A stretch of DNA of 59,776 bases from Minisyncoccota bacterium (GTDB lineage: Bacteria > Patescibacteriota > Minisyncoccia > UBA6257 > HR35), in the NCBI GenBank assembly GCA_937934285.1, contig CALHAT010000026.1, positions 1 through 59,776 on the forward strand, written 5' to 3'. The first letter of the stretch is position 1. Each line of letters opens with the position of its first letter. This document shows, piece after piece, positions 1-9,079 of the stretch. Made by a program: the position numbers and the translations under genes. The notes under the pieces are model-generated. The model worked only from the letters and a program-made list of their open reading frames with translations, was not told the DNA's origin and made no database searches.

Positions 1-1
1 A

Positions 2-193
2 TTTTTACCAAGTTTAGAGGAACTCAAAAAGGCAATTACTGCTTTTAAATTAATTGAAGAAAAATTTAAAAATCAAGAAGAGATTAATTTAACCGATGAA
101 GATTATCTTTTGATTTTTCATGCTTATGAAGTTGCTTTAAAAGATTTAAATATTTTAACTACTGAAGATTTTCTGGTAAAGAGCCGAGAGTAA
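2..193 (+). CDS. 3' end of a hypothetical protein (truncated by window start)
   Basis: Frame open from base 2 (FLPSLEELKKAITAF...VKSRE) to TAA 191-193; overlaps the htrA 3' end convergently. Confidence 0.45.
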   Translation, partial: FLPSLEELKKAITAFKLIEEKFKNQEEINLTDEDYLLIFHAYEVALKDLNILTTEDFLVKSRE

Positions 194-1406
194 CCGGAAC
201 TATGAAAGTTTGATTATTTCTTAAAACTTTAAGATTAACTTTTTGACCTACACTTTTCTTTAAAATTATTTGACCTAAACCATTCTGAGTTGTTATCTTT
301 TCACCATCCATTTCTAAAATAATATCTCGATCTTTTAAACCAGCTTTTTCAGCAGGCGAATTAGGGATAATTGCTGTTTTATCTTCGCGATAAAGAAAAG
401 CTCCATAGTTGACTGGTAAGTTAAACTTTTTTTGAATCTCTTCATTTATTAAAAGATAATAAACACCTAAAAACGGTACTTCAATTTTTCCTTTAGCTTG
501 AACTTCTTTAAGCATTCTTTTAACTCTTTCGATAGGAATAGCAAAACCGATATTTTCAGCACCACTGGCGATAGCTGTATTAACGCCAATAACTTCACCT
601 CTTAAATTTAAAAGTGGTCCGCCGGAATTACCAAAATTAATTGCTGCATCAGTCTGAATCAAGCCTTCTAATCTCTCGACCCGGCCAGTTTCATCAGAAG
701 CAGTAATTGTTCGATTAAGACCAGAAATAACTCCAAAGCTTACAGTATTTTGAAATTCGCCCAAAGCGTTACCAATAGCAATCACAAATTGACCAAGTTT
801 AAGCTTGCTTGAATCTCCTAAAGAAAGAGTCGTTAAGTTATTAACATCTATCTTCAAAATTGCCAAATCATCAATCGGGTGTCGTGCTAGAACTCGGGCT
901 TTAAATTTTCTGCCATCATTTAAATAAACCGTATATTCAGCTTCGGGATCAATAACTACATGTTTGTTAGTTACAATCAGTCCATCTGAAGAAACAATAA
1001 AACCAGTTCCGCCACCAACCTTTTGTTTTTCTCTGCCTTTTTCTCTTAGTTGCGGGATTTTAAATTCAAAAAAGGGTCGGAGTTCCGGGGGCAAATCTTG
1101 AAAGGGGTTAATGTAATATTCTTCTAAAACCGGTACATATTTACTGATAATAATACTAACCACGGCTGGTGAAGATTTTTCAGCAATGTGAACAATTGTT
1201 GTTTCCAAATCAGCAACCGGTGGCGTTGGACTTAAAAATGAACTTGGTTCTTTGATCTCTATTTTCTGAGGAGTCGATGAAAGATTTTTCGTTAAAAAAT
1301 CAAGCAGATTTTGCCAAAAGTTTTTATCAGGTGATTCGGCTAAAACCCAAAAAACAGCAACAAGTAAAGAACTAAAGATTAAAAAGATCCAAATTGATTT
1401 TCTCAT
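159..1406 (-). CDS. htrA: HtrA/DegP-family serine protease with PDZ domain
   Basis: N-terminal TM; GTGFIV, TNKHV, DLAILK, TDAAINFGNSGGPL; C-terminal PDZ (SPAEKAGL). Confidence 0.95.
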   Translation of the reverse strand: MRKSIWIFLIFSSLLVAVFWVLAESPDKNFWQNLLDFLTKNLSSTPQKIEIKEPSSFLSPTPPVADLETTIVHIAEKSSPAVVSIIISKYVPVLEEYYINPFQDLPPELRPFFEFKIPQLREKGREKQKVGGGTGFIVSSDGLIVTNKHVVIDPEAEYTVYLNDGRKFKARVLARHPIDDLAILKIDVNNLTTLSLGDSSKLKLGQFVIAIGNALGEFQNTVSFGVISGLNRTITASDETGRVERLEGLIQTDAAINFGNSGGPLLNLRGEVIGVNTAIASGAENIGFAIPIERVKRMLKEVQAKGKIEVPFLGVYYLLINEEIQKKFNLPVNYGAFLYREDKTAIIPNSPAEKAGLKDRDIILEMDGEKITTQNGLGQIILKKSVGQKVNLKVLRNNQTFIVPVTLGSLPENLQ

Positions 1407-2554
1407 ATAAATTTCTTCAGACAGTTAAATAAATAATCGACTTCCTCTTTTTTTGTTTCCCGACCAAAAGAAAATCTTAAACTTCGTTCACTTCTTTCTT
1501 TACCGTAAACATCGTAAACAACATAACTTGGTTCATTAGCTCGTGATTGACAAGCGGTTCCGGATGAAACAGCGATGCCTTGACTATCTAAGTATAACAT
1601 AAGTTCTTGAGAAGTTTTAGTTGGAAAATAAAGATTAAGAAATTTCAGACTGGAATTTTCCAAAGGTGTATTGATTAAAATTTTTTCTGGCAATTCTTTA
1701 GTTTTATTAAGAAAATATCCACGAATTTCTTTTAGGTGATTTCTAATTTGCTCTTTTTCTTGAGAAATAAGTTCCAGAGCTTTAGCAAAACCAACTATTA
1801 GAGGCACGGCTTCGGTGCCAGCTCTTAAAGAATATTCTTGTTGAGAACCAGAAATAATTCTTAAAAGAGGTGTTCCCTTTTTAACATACAATAAAGCAAT
1901 GCCTTTAGGACCGTAGATTTTGTGCGAAGATAAAGTCATTAAATCAACTCCTAAATTTTTAACATCAAGATTCTCCAGGCTAGCTTGAGCTGCGTCAGTA
2001 TGAAAATAGATTTTCTCTTTTCGCAGTTGATTAACTTCTTGAATTAATTTTGATATTTCTGGGATTTTTTGAATTGTTCCCAATTCACTATTCACATAAT
2101 GAATGGTTACCAAAATTGTATTCTCTTTAATATTATCTTTAACTTTTTGGGGATCAATAAGACTATCTTTTTCAGGTTTAAGATAAGTTACTTCAATTAA
2201 TCCAAGATCAATCAAATCAGAAATAACTTCTAAAATTGACGGATGCTCAATTGAACTCACAATCAAATGAGGTTTTATTTTTTTTAAAAAATAATAATAA
2301 AAAATAATTCCTTTAATAGCTAAATTATTGCTCTCAGTTGCTGAAGAGGTAAAAATAATTTCTCTTAAAAAATCGGTGTTCAAAATGTTTTTAATTTTTT
2401 CTCGGCTTTCATCAATTGCTTTTAAAGCTTCTTGACCAAAAAAATGCAAACTCGAAGGATTGCCAAATTTTTTTTGAAAATAAGGCTTCATTGCTTCAAG
2501 AACTTCTTTTCTCATTGGTGTGGTAGCGGCAAAATCAAAATAAATTTTTTTCAT
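1403..2554 (-). CDS. iscS: Cysteine desulfurase, NifS/IscS type
   Basis: YFDFAATTP, GNPSS, HTDAAQ, SSHKIYGPKG (PLP Lys), SSGTAC (catalytic Cys). Confidence 0.92.
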   Translation of the reverse strand: MKKIYFDFAATTPMRKEVLEAMKPYFQKKFGNPSSLHFFGQEALKAIDESREKIKNILNTDFLREIIFTSSATESNNLAIKGIIFYYYFLKKIKPHLIVSSIEHPSILEVISDLIDLGLIEVTYLKPEKDSLIDPQKVKDNIKENTILVTIHYVNSELGTIQKIPEISKLIQEVNQLRKEKIYFHTDAAQASLENLDVKNLGVDLMTLSSHKIYGPKGIALLYVKKGTPLLRIISGSQQEYSLRAGTEAVPLIVGFAKALELISQEKEQIRNHLKEIRGYFLNKTKELPEKILINTPLENSSLKFLNLYFPTKTSQELMLYLDSQGIAVSSGTACQSRANEPSYVVYDVYGKERSERSLRFSFGRETKKEEVDYLFNCLKKFI

Positions 2555-2575
2555 AATATAATATTATAAATCATA

Positions 2576-2884
2576 ATGAAAATCGTTTGGACTAAACATT
2601 CAGAAAAAAAATTAAGATCCTATCACTTAACTAAAAATCGAATTCTAAGGATAATTAAAAATCCTTATCGAGTTGAAGAGGGTATCGCTCCGCAAACAAT
2701 CGCTTTAATGAAACCAGTTAATCCGAAAAAGAATAAGTGGCGTCAGGAGATTTGGGCAATGATTCAAAAATCTCAAGACAGTTTAAAAATAATTTCTGCC
2801 TGGCGTTATCCCGGTATGTCTCCTAAACAAAATCCAATTCCATCAGAAATAATTGAAGAACTTAAAAAAGAAGGTTTTATCTAA
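2576..2884 (+). CDS. Small basic hypothetical protein (DUF4258-like start WTKHS)
   Basis: Clean 102-aa ORF divergent from iscS; family resemblance is weak. Confidence 0.6.
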   Translation: MKIVWTKHSEKKLRSYHLTKNRILRIIKNPYRVEEGIAPQTIALMKPVNPKKNKWRQEIWAMIQKSQDSLKIISAWRYPGMSPKQNPIPSEIIEELKKEGFI

Positions 2885-4047
2885 CGGAAAAGACCTCGGA
2901 AAATATCAAGAAAACTACTCCAAAGACTTTTTTGTTCACCAAGTTTCTGATAATAGTAAATTGAACCCAGAGCATTTAAATAGATTCTTTCTTCTTGTTC
3001 TAAATTTTTATAAATATCAGCTTCCAATTTTGTTAAATAACCAGAGTGCTTTCTAAAGATATTATCAATTTCTGGTAAATAGGAACCGCCGCCAATTAAA
3101 TAAACTCCACCAGGCAGACGATAATTTTCTTTAATTTTTTTAAAAAGCTCAGGGAAGCCATTTTTTTTCCAATAAAAATTAAATCTTTTTTCGATAAACT
3201 TAACTAAATTCGAATAGCTAATTTTTTGTTTGCCAAATTTTATAGGCAATTTTTTTTTCTTATCATCTAAATTCTTGATTTCCTCGAAAGCATTATACAC
3301 CTCATCAACACTAAGACCGAAATCCAGGGCTAAATCTTCCCAAAGATCACCAGCACCAAATTTAAAATTTTGATAAAAATTCAATTTACCTTCTTGAAAA
3401 ATACTTAAATTAAAAATTCGGTAACCAAAATCAATTAAAATTACTCCTTGTTCTTTTTCTTTTTTAGAAAAAAGAACCAAACTTGCTGGTAAGGGATTAG
3501 GCAAAATCAAACTAACTTTTAATTCATTTTTTTCAAAAAAATCTTTTATTTTCGCTAAAGCTGATTTTAGACCTTGAATAACAAAAAAATCAACCTCCAA
3601 AGTTCGAGCTTCCATCCCCAAAGGATCGCGAACTTTAATATTAGCACCGTCAAGAAAATAAGCAATTGATTCTTCAAATAAAACTTCGTAATTTCCTGAG
3701 GCCAAAGAAGCTTTCGCAATTAAAAGGCACTTACGGATATCCTCATCAGTCACATATCTTTCACTCACAGAAATTTTATTTTTTGTTCTTTGAAAACTAA
3801 AATAAGGAGCTGAAAAAGAAAGAATAAGATTTTTAGGCAAACTATTTAGTTGGTAAGCAATTTCTTTTAAAGGATTAATAGCTTCTTCAATAAAATTTTC
3901 TTGATCAATTATCTCGCCATCGCTAAAAGAATCAAGATTTTTGGTTATTTTAGTAAGTAAGGTTATTTTCCCACTCTCGTCTTCTTCACCAACAGTCATC
4001 TTTAAAAGTTTACTACCAAGATCAACAGCAAAAATTTTTTCTCTCAT
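2881..4047 (-). CDS. ftsA: Cell division protein FtsA (divergent)
   Basis: VDLGS phosphate-1, DPLGM in SHS2 region, LIDFG, YLIGGGSYLP actin-fold motifs. Confidence 0.8.
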   Translation of the reverse strand: MREKIFAVDLGSKLLKMTVGEEDESGKITLLTKITKNLDSFSDGEIIDQENFIEEAINPLKEIAYQLNSLPKNLILSFSAPYFSFQRTKNKISVSERYVTDEDIRKCLLIAKASLASGNYEVLFEESIAYFLDGANIKVRDPLGMEARTLEVDFFVIQGLKSALAKIKDFFEKNELKVSLILPNPLPASLVLFSKKEKEQGVILIDFGYRIFNLSIFQEGKLNFYQNFKFGAGDLWEDLALDFGLSVDEVYNAFEEIKNLDDKKKKLPIKFGKQKISYSNLVKFIEKRFNFYWKKNGFPELFKKIKENYRLPGGVYLIGGGSYLPEIDNIFRKHSGYLTKLEADIYKNLEQEERIYLNALGSIYYYQKLGEQKSLWSSFLDIFRGLFR

Positions 4048-4325
4048 TCTTCTTTGCCTGGAAATTTAATTTCGCTAACATATCTTTTAGCAAGTTCATA
4101 AGCTTTTTGAAATGGCCAGCCTTCTTTCATTTTTTTATTAATAAAATATTGGAGTTTAAGACGATACATTTTCCTTTCCCATTTTCGGCGTTCGTTCGGT
4201 TTTTTGGTTCGATACATTTTTGATTTAACTTCCAAAACAACACCACTCCGACTGAATCTCGTCAAAAATCTTTTTAAAAATTGACCCTTTGATTCACCAG
4301 CTCTTCGTTTGACTTTAACTCTCAT
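4044..4325 (-). CDS. rpsU: 30S ribosomal protein S21 with C-terminal extension
   Basis: VKRRAGES..FLKRF..FSRSGVVLEVK...Y.KKP pattern. Confidence 0.75.
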   Translation of the reverse strand: MRVKVKRRAGESKGQFLKRFLTRFSRSGVVLEVKSKMYRTKKPNERRKWERKMYRLKLQYFINKKMKEGWPFQKAYELAKRYVSEIKFPGKEE

Positions 4326-4728
4326 TTTTAATTCTTTGATAAATTACTTCTAACGACTCCTGGGGAGGATTATAAACAACTGAATGAATTGAACCACCTC
4401 GATCATTTTTAAAACGGGGCATAATATGAAAATGAAGATGAGAAACCGTCTGACCGGCTAACGGTCCTTCGTTGATTCCCAAGGTAAAATCATTAGTCAT
4501 AAAAACTTTTTCTAAAAGAATCATTATTTCTTGAATCATTTTAATGAATTCTTCAGCTAATTCGAGTTTTAATTCTTTGAGATTAACGAAATGCTCCTTG
4601 GGTATCACTAAAGTATGCCCCGGAGAATGAGGATGAATATCTAAAACTGCTAAAAAATTGGGCGATTCTTTAACAATATAACTTTTTATTTCTCCCTGAG
4701 TAATTTTACAAAAAATACAGTCTTTCAT
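4315..4728 (-). CDS. HIT family nucleotide hydrolase
   Basis: DCIFC, GHTLVIPK, GQTVSHLHFHIMPR. Confidence 0.93.
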   Translation of the reverse strand: MKDCIFCKITQGEIKSYIVKESPNFLAVLDIHPHSPGHTLVIPKEHFVNLKELKLELAEEFIKMIQEIMILLEKVFMTNDFTLGINEGPLAGQTVSHLHFHIMPRFKNDRGGSIHSVVYNPPQESLEVIYQRIKNES

Positions 4729-4731
4729 TTT

Positions 4732-5991
4732 TTATTTAGTAATTTTTCTTAAATCTTTAATTAGGTTTTTTAATTTCAAGACCTCCTGAGTTCCATATTC
4801 CATATCTTTTAAAATAACTGCTTCGCGACTTAACTCTTGAAAACCTAAAATCAAACTATATTTTAACCCAAGTTTATTAGCATATTCAAGTTGATTAGCT
4901 AAACTAATTTTGAAAAAATTAGCTTGAGGCTTAAAACCATTTGCTTGGAGTTCTTCATAAATTTCAAAAGCTTTTGGTCTTGTTTCTTCACCGGCAAAAG
5001 CAACAAAAATTTTAGTTAACTGAGGCTTAAAAGAAATTTTAAGTTCATCAAGAACTAATTTTAGTCTTTCAATCCCCAAAGCACCGCCAACTGAAGGTAA
5101 GGCAGTATTACTAATTACCTCACCTAAATCATAGCGACCGCCACTGGCTAAAGCAAAATTTTGACCGTCAATAAAAATTTCAAAAACTGTTCTTAAATAA
5201 TAATCAAAACCACGTACCAAGGTCTTATCAAGTTCATAGTTAACTTTAAAATAATCCATTAATTCTAAAACTTTCTGAAAATGAATTTTACAGAATTTAC
5301 ATAAGTAATCTAAAATATTTGGGGCTAATTCTTTATATTTTTGATCACTTTCCTGTTTACAATCTAAAATTCTTAAGGGGTTTAATTTTAATCTTTTTTG
5401 ACAATCAGAACATAATTTTTTTTGATAAGCTCGATAATATCTAATTAAATCTTTTAAATATTTTTTTCGACATTTTGAACAACCTAAGCTATTTAACTTA
5501 ACAATAAAATTTTGGATTTTAATTTTCTTTAAAAATTGACAGAAAAGATAGATAATTAAAAAATCAGCGAAAGGGTCTTCAGAATTTAAAATTTCTAAAC
5601 CCCATTGAGTATGTTCGCGCAACCTACCATGTTGAGGTCTTTCCTTGCGATACATTTTACCAAAATAAAACAAAGAGATCGGCTGAGGCAAGCTTATCAT
5701 TCCATTTTCAAAATAAGCTCGAACAACCGCAGCTGTACCTTCTGGTCTTAAAACATATTGCTCACCTCTTTCTTTGCCTTTTAAATAAAACATTTCTTTA
5801 CTAATCACATCCGTAGTTTCCCCTAAGCTTAAAGTGAAAGTTTTTACATTTTCAATTAAGGGTGTTTCTATATATTTAAAATTATTCAAAATTGAAAAAT
5901 CAGTTATTAAATCTCTAATTTTCAACAAAAATTCAGCATCATCAAAAACAATATCTTTCATTCCTCGTGGTCTTTGAGATTTTATTTTCAT
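4732..5991 (-). CDS. hisS: Histidine--tRNA ligase
   Basis: PRGMKD, LRPEGTA, ERPQHGRLRE, LVRGFDYY, GGRYD, GIERL. Confidence 0.97.
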   Translation of the reverse strand: MKIKSQRPRGMKDIVFDDAEFLLKIRDLITDFSILNNFKYIETPLIENVKTFTLSLGETTDVISKEMFYLKGKERGEQYVLRPEGTAAVVRAYFENGMISLPQPISLFYFGKMYRKERPQHGRLREHTQWGLEILNSEDPFADFLIIYLFCQFLKKIKIQNFIVKLNSLGCSKCRKKYLKDLIRYYRAYQKKLCSDCQKRLKLNPLRILDCKQESDQKYKELAPNILDYLCKFCKIHFQKVLELMDYFKVNYELDKTLVRGFDYYLRTVFEIFIDGQNFALASGGRYDLGEVISNTALPSVGGALGIERLKLVLDELKISFKPQLTKIFVAFAGEETRPKAFEIYEELQANGFKPQANFFKISLANQLEYANKLGLKYSLILGFQELSREAVILKDMEYGTQEVLKLKNLIKDLRKITK

Positions 5992-6518
5992 TTGATCAAT
6001 GCTTCAGTTAATCTCAATAAAGGAATCTTTAAAATAACTCTACCTATTATTCTTTCTCTTTTAACGGGTCCCCATTTTCGAGAATCATAACTAACTTCCC
6101 GATTATCTCCTAAAACAAAATACTCATTTTTACCTAAGGTTAAGTCGATTTTTCCTGAAGTATAGTGATTTTGAAGATAATCTTCCTCGAGAACAAAACC
6201 ATTGGAATTTTCTTCATTGAAAATCATAATTTTATTTTCATTAATAACAATCCTTTCTCCAGGAAGACCTATTACTCTTTTAATATAAAAAACTTTATCA
6301 TCGAAAGGAGGATGAAAAATGATTATTTCCCCTCTTTTTGGATCGCGTAAAAAAAAACTTAATTTATCAATAACTAAATAATCCCAATTATGGAAATTAG
6401 GCTCCATACTTTCACCTCTAACTAAAAATGGTTCCGTTATAAAAAATCTCACTGGAACAACTATTAAAATAAATAAAAAGGCGATTTCAATAAAATCAAA
6501 AATTAGTTGTCTTTTCAT
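5988..6518 (-). CDS. lepB: Signal peptidase I
   Basis: GESMEPNF (Ser), YIKRVIGLPGE (Lys), GDNREVSYDSR; start moved to ATG 6518, which follows a TGnTATAAT box. Confidence 0.95.
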   Translation of the reverse strand: MKRQLIFDFIEIAFLFILIVVPVRFFITEPFLVRGESMEPNFHNWDYLVIDKLSFFLRDPKRGEIIIFHPPFDDKVFYIKRVIGLPGERIVINENKIMIFNEENSNGFVLEEDYLQNHYTSGKIDLTLGKNEYFVLGDNREVSYDSRKWGPVKRERIIGRVILKIPLLRLTEALIK

Positions 6519-6524
6519 TCTAAA

Positions 6525-6533
6525 ATTATACCA
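6525..6533 (-). promoter_or_regulatory. Extended -10 (TGGTATAAT) 6 nt upstream of lepB ATG; probable leaderless promoter
   Basis: Minus strand reads TGG-TATAAT-TTTAGA-ATG. Confidence 0.6.
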
Positions 6534-7980
6534 CAATTTTATCATCAATTTCAATATCGTTTTTTGTTTCTAAAATAAGGCCGCAGAGATCTCCTGCTTT
6601 AACTTCATCAACAGGTATTTTATTCTTTTCTAAGCTAATAATTTTACCCTGGCCAATTTTTTCATTATTTCTTAAAATAGAGACTTTTTGATTAATTCTT
6701 AATTTCCCGGAAACAACTCTACCACCGATTGTTTTTTTTGTTTTTGTCTTCCCAAAGGTAGCCAGAACTTCTAATTCGCCCGTTGGCAAAGAAACACCGC
6801 TTCTTATTTCTTCTAAATAATTTATAAATTTTTCTTCCAACTCATAAATAACATTTCCTTCAAAAAGAATGAGGTTAAAATCTTTGATTGCGTCTAAGGT
6901 TTCTTTCTTGTTTTTAACATTAAAACTTATTAAAATAGCTCCTGCGTCTTTAGCCAAATTAATATCTTCTAAGGTCAAACCACCTAAACCTGTTTTAATT
7001 ATCTTCAAATTTAATTTTTTTTCTTGAGCAATTTTTCCAAAAATATTTTCTAAAGCTTCCAAACTACCGATATGATCTGCTTTCAAAATTAAATTGACAA
7101 CTGATTCTTGGAAAGTTGGTTTTTCTTCAAAAATAATTTTTCTTTTGAACAATTCTTCACTTTTTTTCAATTTTTCCTGAATTTTTTCAAGATCTTCTTC
7201 TTGACTAACTTCGAACTCTTCACCAACCAAAGGTAGGTAATTAAAATTACCTACTAAAAATGGTTTTGAGGGGTAAGCATGTTGAATTTTGTTTCCCAAA
7301 TCATCTTCAAAAATTTTTATTTTACAAACAGCAGTTTTGGTAATTAAATAATTTCCATAACTTACTTGACCTTCAGTAACAATTGCTGATGCTAAAACTC
7401 CGCGGCGCTCATCTTTAAAAGCTTCCAAAATAAAACCTTTACCTGGTGCTTCAATCTCGACTTTGAAATCATGAATATCTCTTAAAAGAATTAAAGTTTC
7501 TAAAATTTCATTTAAACCTTGACCCGTGAGTGCGGAAGTTTCTACTAAAGGCACTTCACCACCCCATTTTTCGGGCATAACCCCTAATTCAATTAACTGG
7601 GAAATAACTCTTTGGGAATCAGTTCCCTTTTTATCAATTTTCGTTAAAGCAATAATAAAAGGTAAATTGGCTCCTTTAAGATATTCTAAGCTTTCTTTAG
7701 TTTGTTCTTTAACACCTTCGTCAGCTGCAATAACTAAAATACCGATATCAGCAACTTTAACGCCCCTTTCTCTTAAACGATTAAAAGCTTCATGGCCAGG
7801 AGTATCAATAAAAGTTATTTTTTCATTATCGAAAACAACTTCATAAGCACCAATTTTTTGAGTAATACCACCAGCTTCTTTTAAAGCAACATTCGTTTTT
7901 CTAAGAGCATCTAATAAAGTTGTTTTGCCATGATCGATGTGGCCTAAAACTACTACAATCGGTGGTTTTTTGATAAGCAT
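6526..7980 (-). CDS. infB: Translation initiation factor IF-2, short form without N-terminal domain
   Basis: PPIVVVLGHIDHGKTTLLD, EAGGITQ, DTPGHEAF, TKID. Confidence 0.95.
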   Translation of the reverse strand: MLIKKPPIVVVLGHIDHGKTTLLDALRKTNVALKEAGGITQKIGAYEVVFDNEKITFIDTPGHEAFNRLRERGVKVADIGILVIAADEGVKEQTKESLEYLKGANLPFIIALTKIDKKGTDSQRVISQLIELGVMPEKWGGEVPLVETSALTGQGLNEILETLILLRDIHDFKVEIEAPGKGFILEAFKDERRGVLASAIVTEGQVSYGNYLITKTAVCKIKIFEDDLGNKIQHAYPSKPFLVGNFNYLPLVGEEFEVSQEEDLEKIQEKLKKSEELFKRKIIFEEKPTFQESVVNLILKADHIGSLEALENIFGKIAQEKKLNLKIIKTGLGGLTLEDINLAKDAGAILISFNVKNKKETLDAIKDFNLILFEGNVIYELEEKFINYLEEIRSGVSLPTGELEVLATFGKTKTKKTIGGRVVSGKLRINQKVSILRNNEKIGQGKIISLEKNKIPVDEVKAGDLCGLILETKNDIEIDDKIVV

Positions 7981-7983
7981 TTT

Positions 7984-8265
7984 TCATTTTTCTAAAATTT
8001 TAGGCACTTTTAAATAATTATCTTCTCTTTCGGGAAAATTGTTAATTATTTCCTGAGGAAAGAATTTTTGTGGCTCGTCTCGGCGTAAATCTAAATTTTC
8101 TAAAATATTTATAAGTGGCTGGAGTTTTTCTAAGCTTAGTTCATTAATTTTTTCAACATAAGCTAAAATTTTATTTAGATCTTGAGTCAGCTTTGGAATT
8201 TCCTTTTCTTTAAGTTTAAGTCGAGCCAGCTTAGCTAAATGTTCAATCTCTTTTTGAGTAATCAT
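7984..8265 (-). CDS. gatC: Asp/Glu-tRNA amidotransferase subunit C
   Basis: EIEHLAKLARL...LRRDE...YLKVPKIL. Confidence 0.92.
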   Translation of the reverse strand: MITQKEIEHLAKLARLKLKEKEIPKLTQDLNKILAYVEKINELSLEKLQPLINILENLDLRRDEPQKFFPQEIINNFPEREDNYLKVPKILEK

Positions 8266-8271
8266 AAAAAA

Positions 8272-8280
8272 ATTATAACA
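8272..8280 (-). promoter_or_regulatory. Extended -10 (TGTTATAAT) 6 nt upstream of gatC ATG
   Basis: Minus strand reads TGT-TATAAT-TTTTTT-ATG; overlaps the pilD stop. Confidence 0.55.
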
Positions 8281-9079
8281 TAAAATTAAAATAGATTTTA
8301 GTCAAAGATTCACCAAAAAGAATTGCTCCTAAGGTTCCTAAAAAAATAAAAGGAACAAAAGGAATTGGTTTCTTTAAGTTTTTCTCTTTTAAGATAAAAT
8401 AGATTCCACAAATTGAACCCAAAAAAGAACTGAGAATAATTGCTAAAAGACCATCGCCGGGTCTTAAAAAAAGCCCTAATAAAAAAGCAATCTTAACATC
8501 ACCAAAACCAATTCCTTTGCCTTGAGTAATTAAAAAAATCAAAAGAAGAATTGAACTTAAAAAAAATGGAGTAATTAAAGTTTCGAATTTCCCAAAGTTA
8601 AAAAGATAATTTAAAAGATAAGAAAAGTCACGAGGAAGGATTAAAAATTTTTTTTTAGCTAAATTAAATAAAATGCCTGTTAAGACACCAAAGAAAATTA
8701 ATCGATCATCAACCAAATAAGTTTTTAAATCATATAAAGCTAAAACAAAAAGAATACTAAAAAAAATTAAATAAAAAAGAAATTCTACAACAAATATCGG
8801 GTTTAGTGTTGTTTTTAGTGAAAAAGCTAAAAGGAAAACCCAAAAACCAGTAAAAATTTCTACCAATGGGTATCTGAAAGAAATTTTATTTTGACAGACA
8901 CGACATTTTCCTTTTTGGAAAATGAAGCTCAAAATCGGAATTAATTCATACCATTGTAAAATTTTCCCACAAGAAGGACACTTTGACCGAGAAAATAGAA
9001 AATCTTCGTTTTTTTCTAGTCTTAAAGCTATATTATTTAACAAAGAGCCCAGAAATAAACCTAAAATAAAAAAAAACAT
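8273..9079 (-). CDS. pilD: Type IV prepilin peptidase (A24)
   Basis: GSLLN..RL, RSKCPSC, GKCRVC, RYPLVE, YDLK, GFGDVK, IPFVPF; likely start ATG 9079 overlaps the upstream stop (TAATG). Confidence 0.95.
   Translation of the reverse strand: MFFFILGLFLGSLLNNIALRLEKNEDFLFSRSKCPSCGKILQWYELIPILSFIFQKGKCRVCQNKISFRYPLVEIFTGFWVFLLAFSLKTTLNPIFVVEFLFYLIFFSILFVLALYDLKTYLVDDRLIFFGVLTGILFNLAKKKFLILPRDFSYLLNYLFNFGKFETLITPFFLSSILLLIFLITQGKGIGFGDVKIAFLLGLFLRPGDGLLAIILSSFLGSICGIYFILKEKNLKKPIPFVPFIFLGTLGAILFGESLTKIYFNFML

Noticed and set aside
1403..2554. Cysteine desulfurase as sulfur donor for YcaO thioamidation
   Set aside because: It lies over 10 kb away in another unit, there is no TfuA, and SagB points to azole chemistry.
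6526..7980. infB as a truncated pseudogene
   Set aside because: The G domain and C-terminal domains are intact; IF-2 lacking the N-terminal domain fits a reduced genome.
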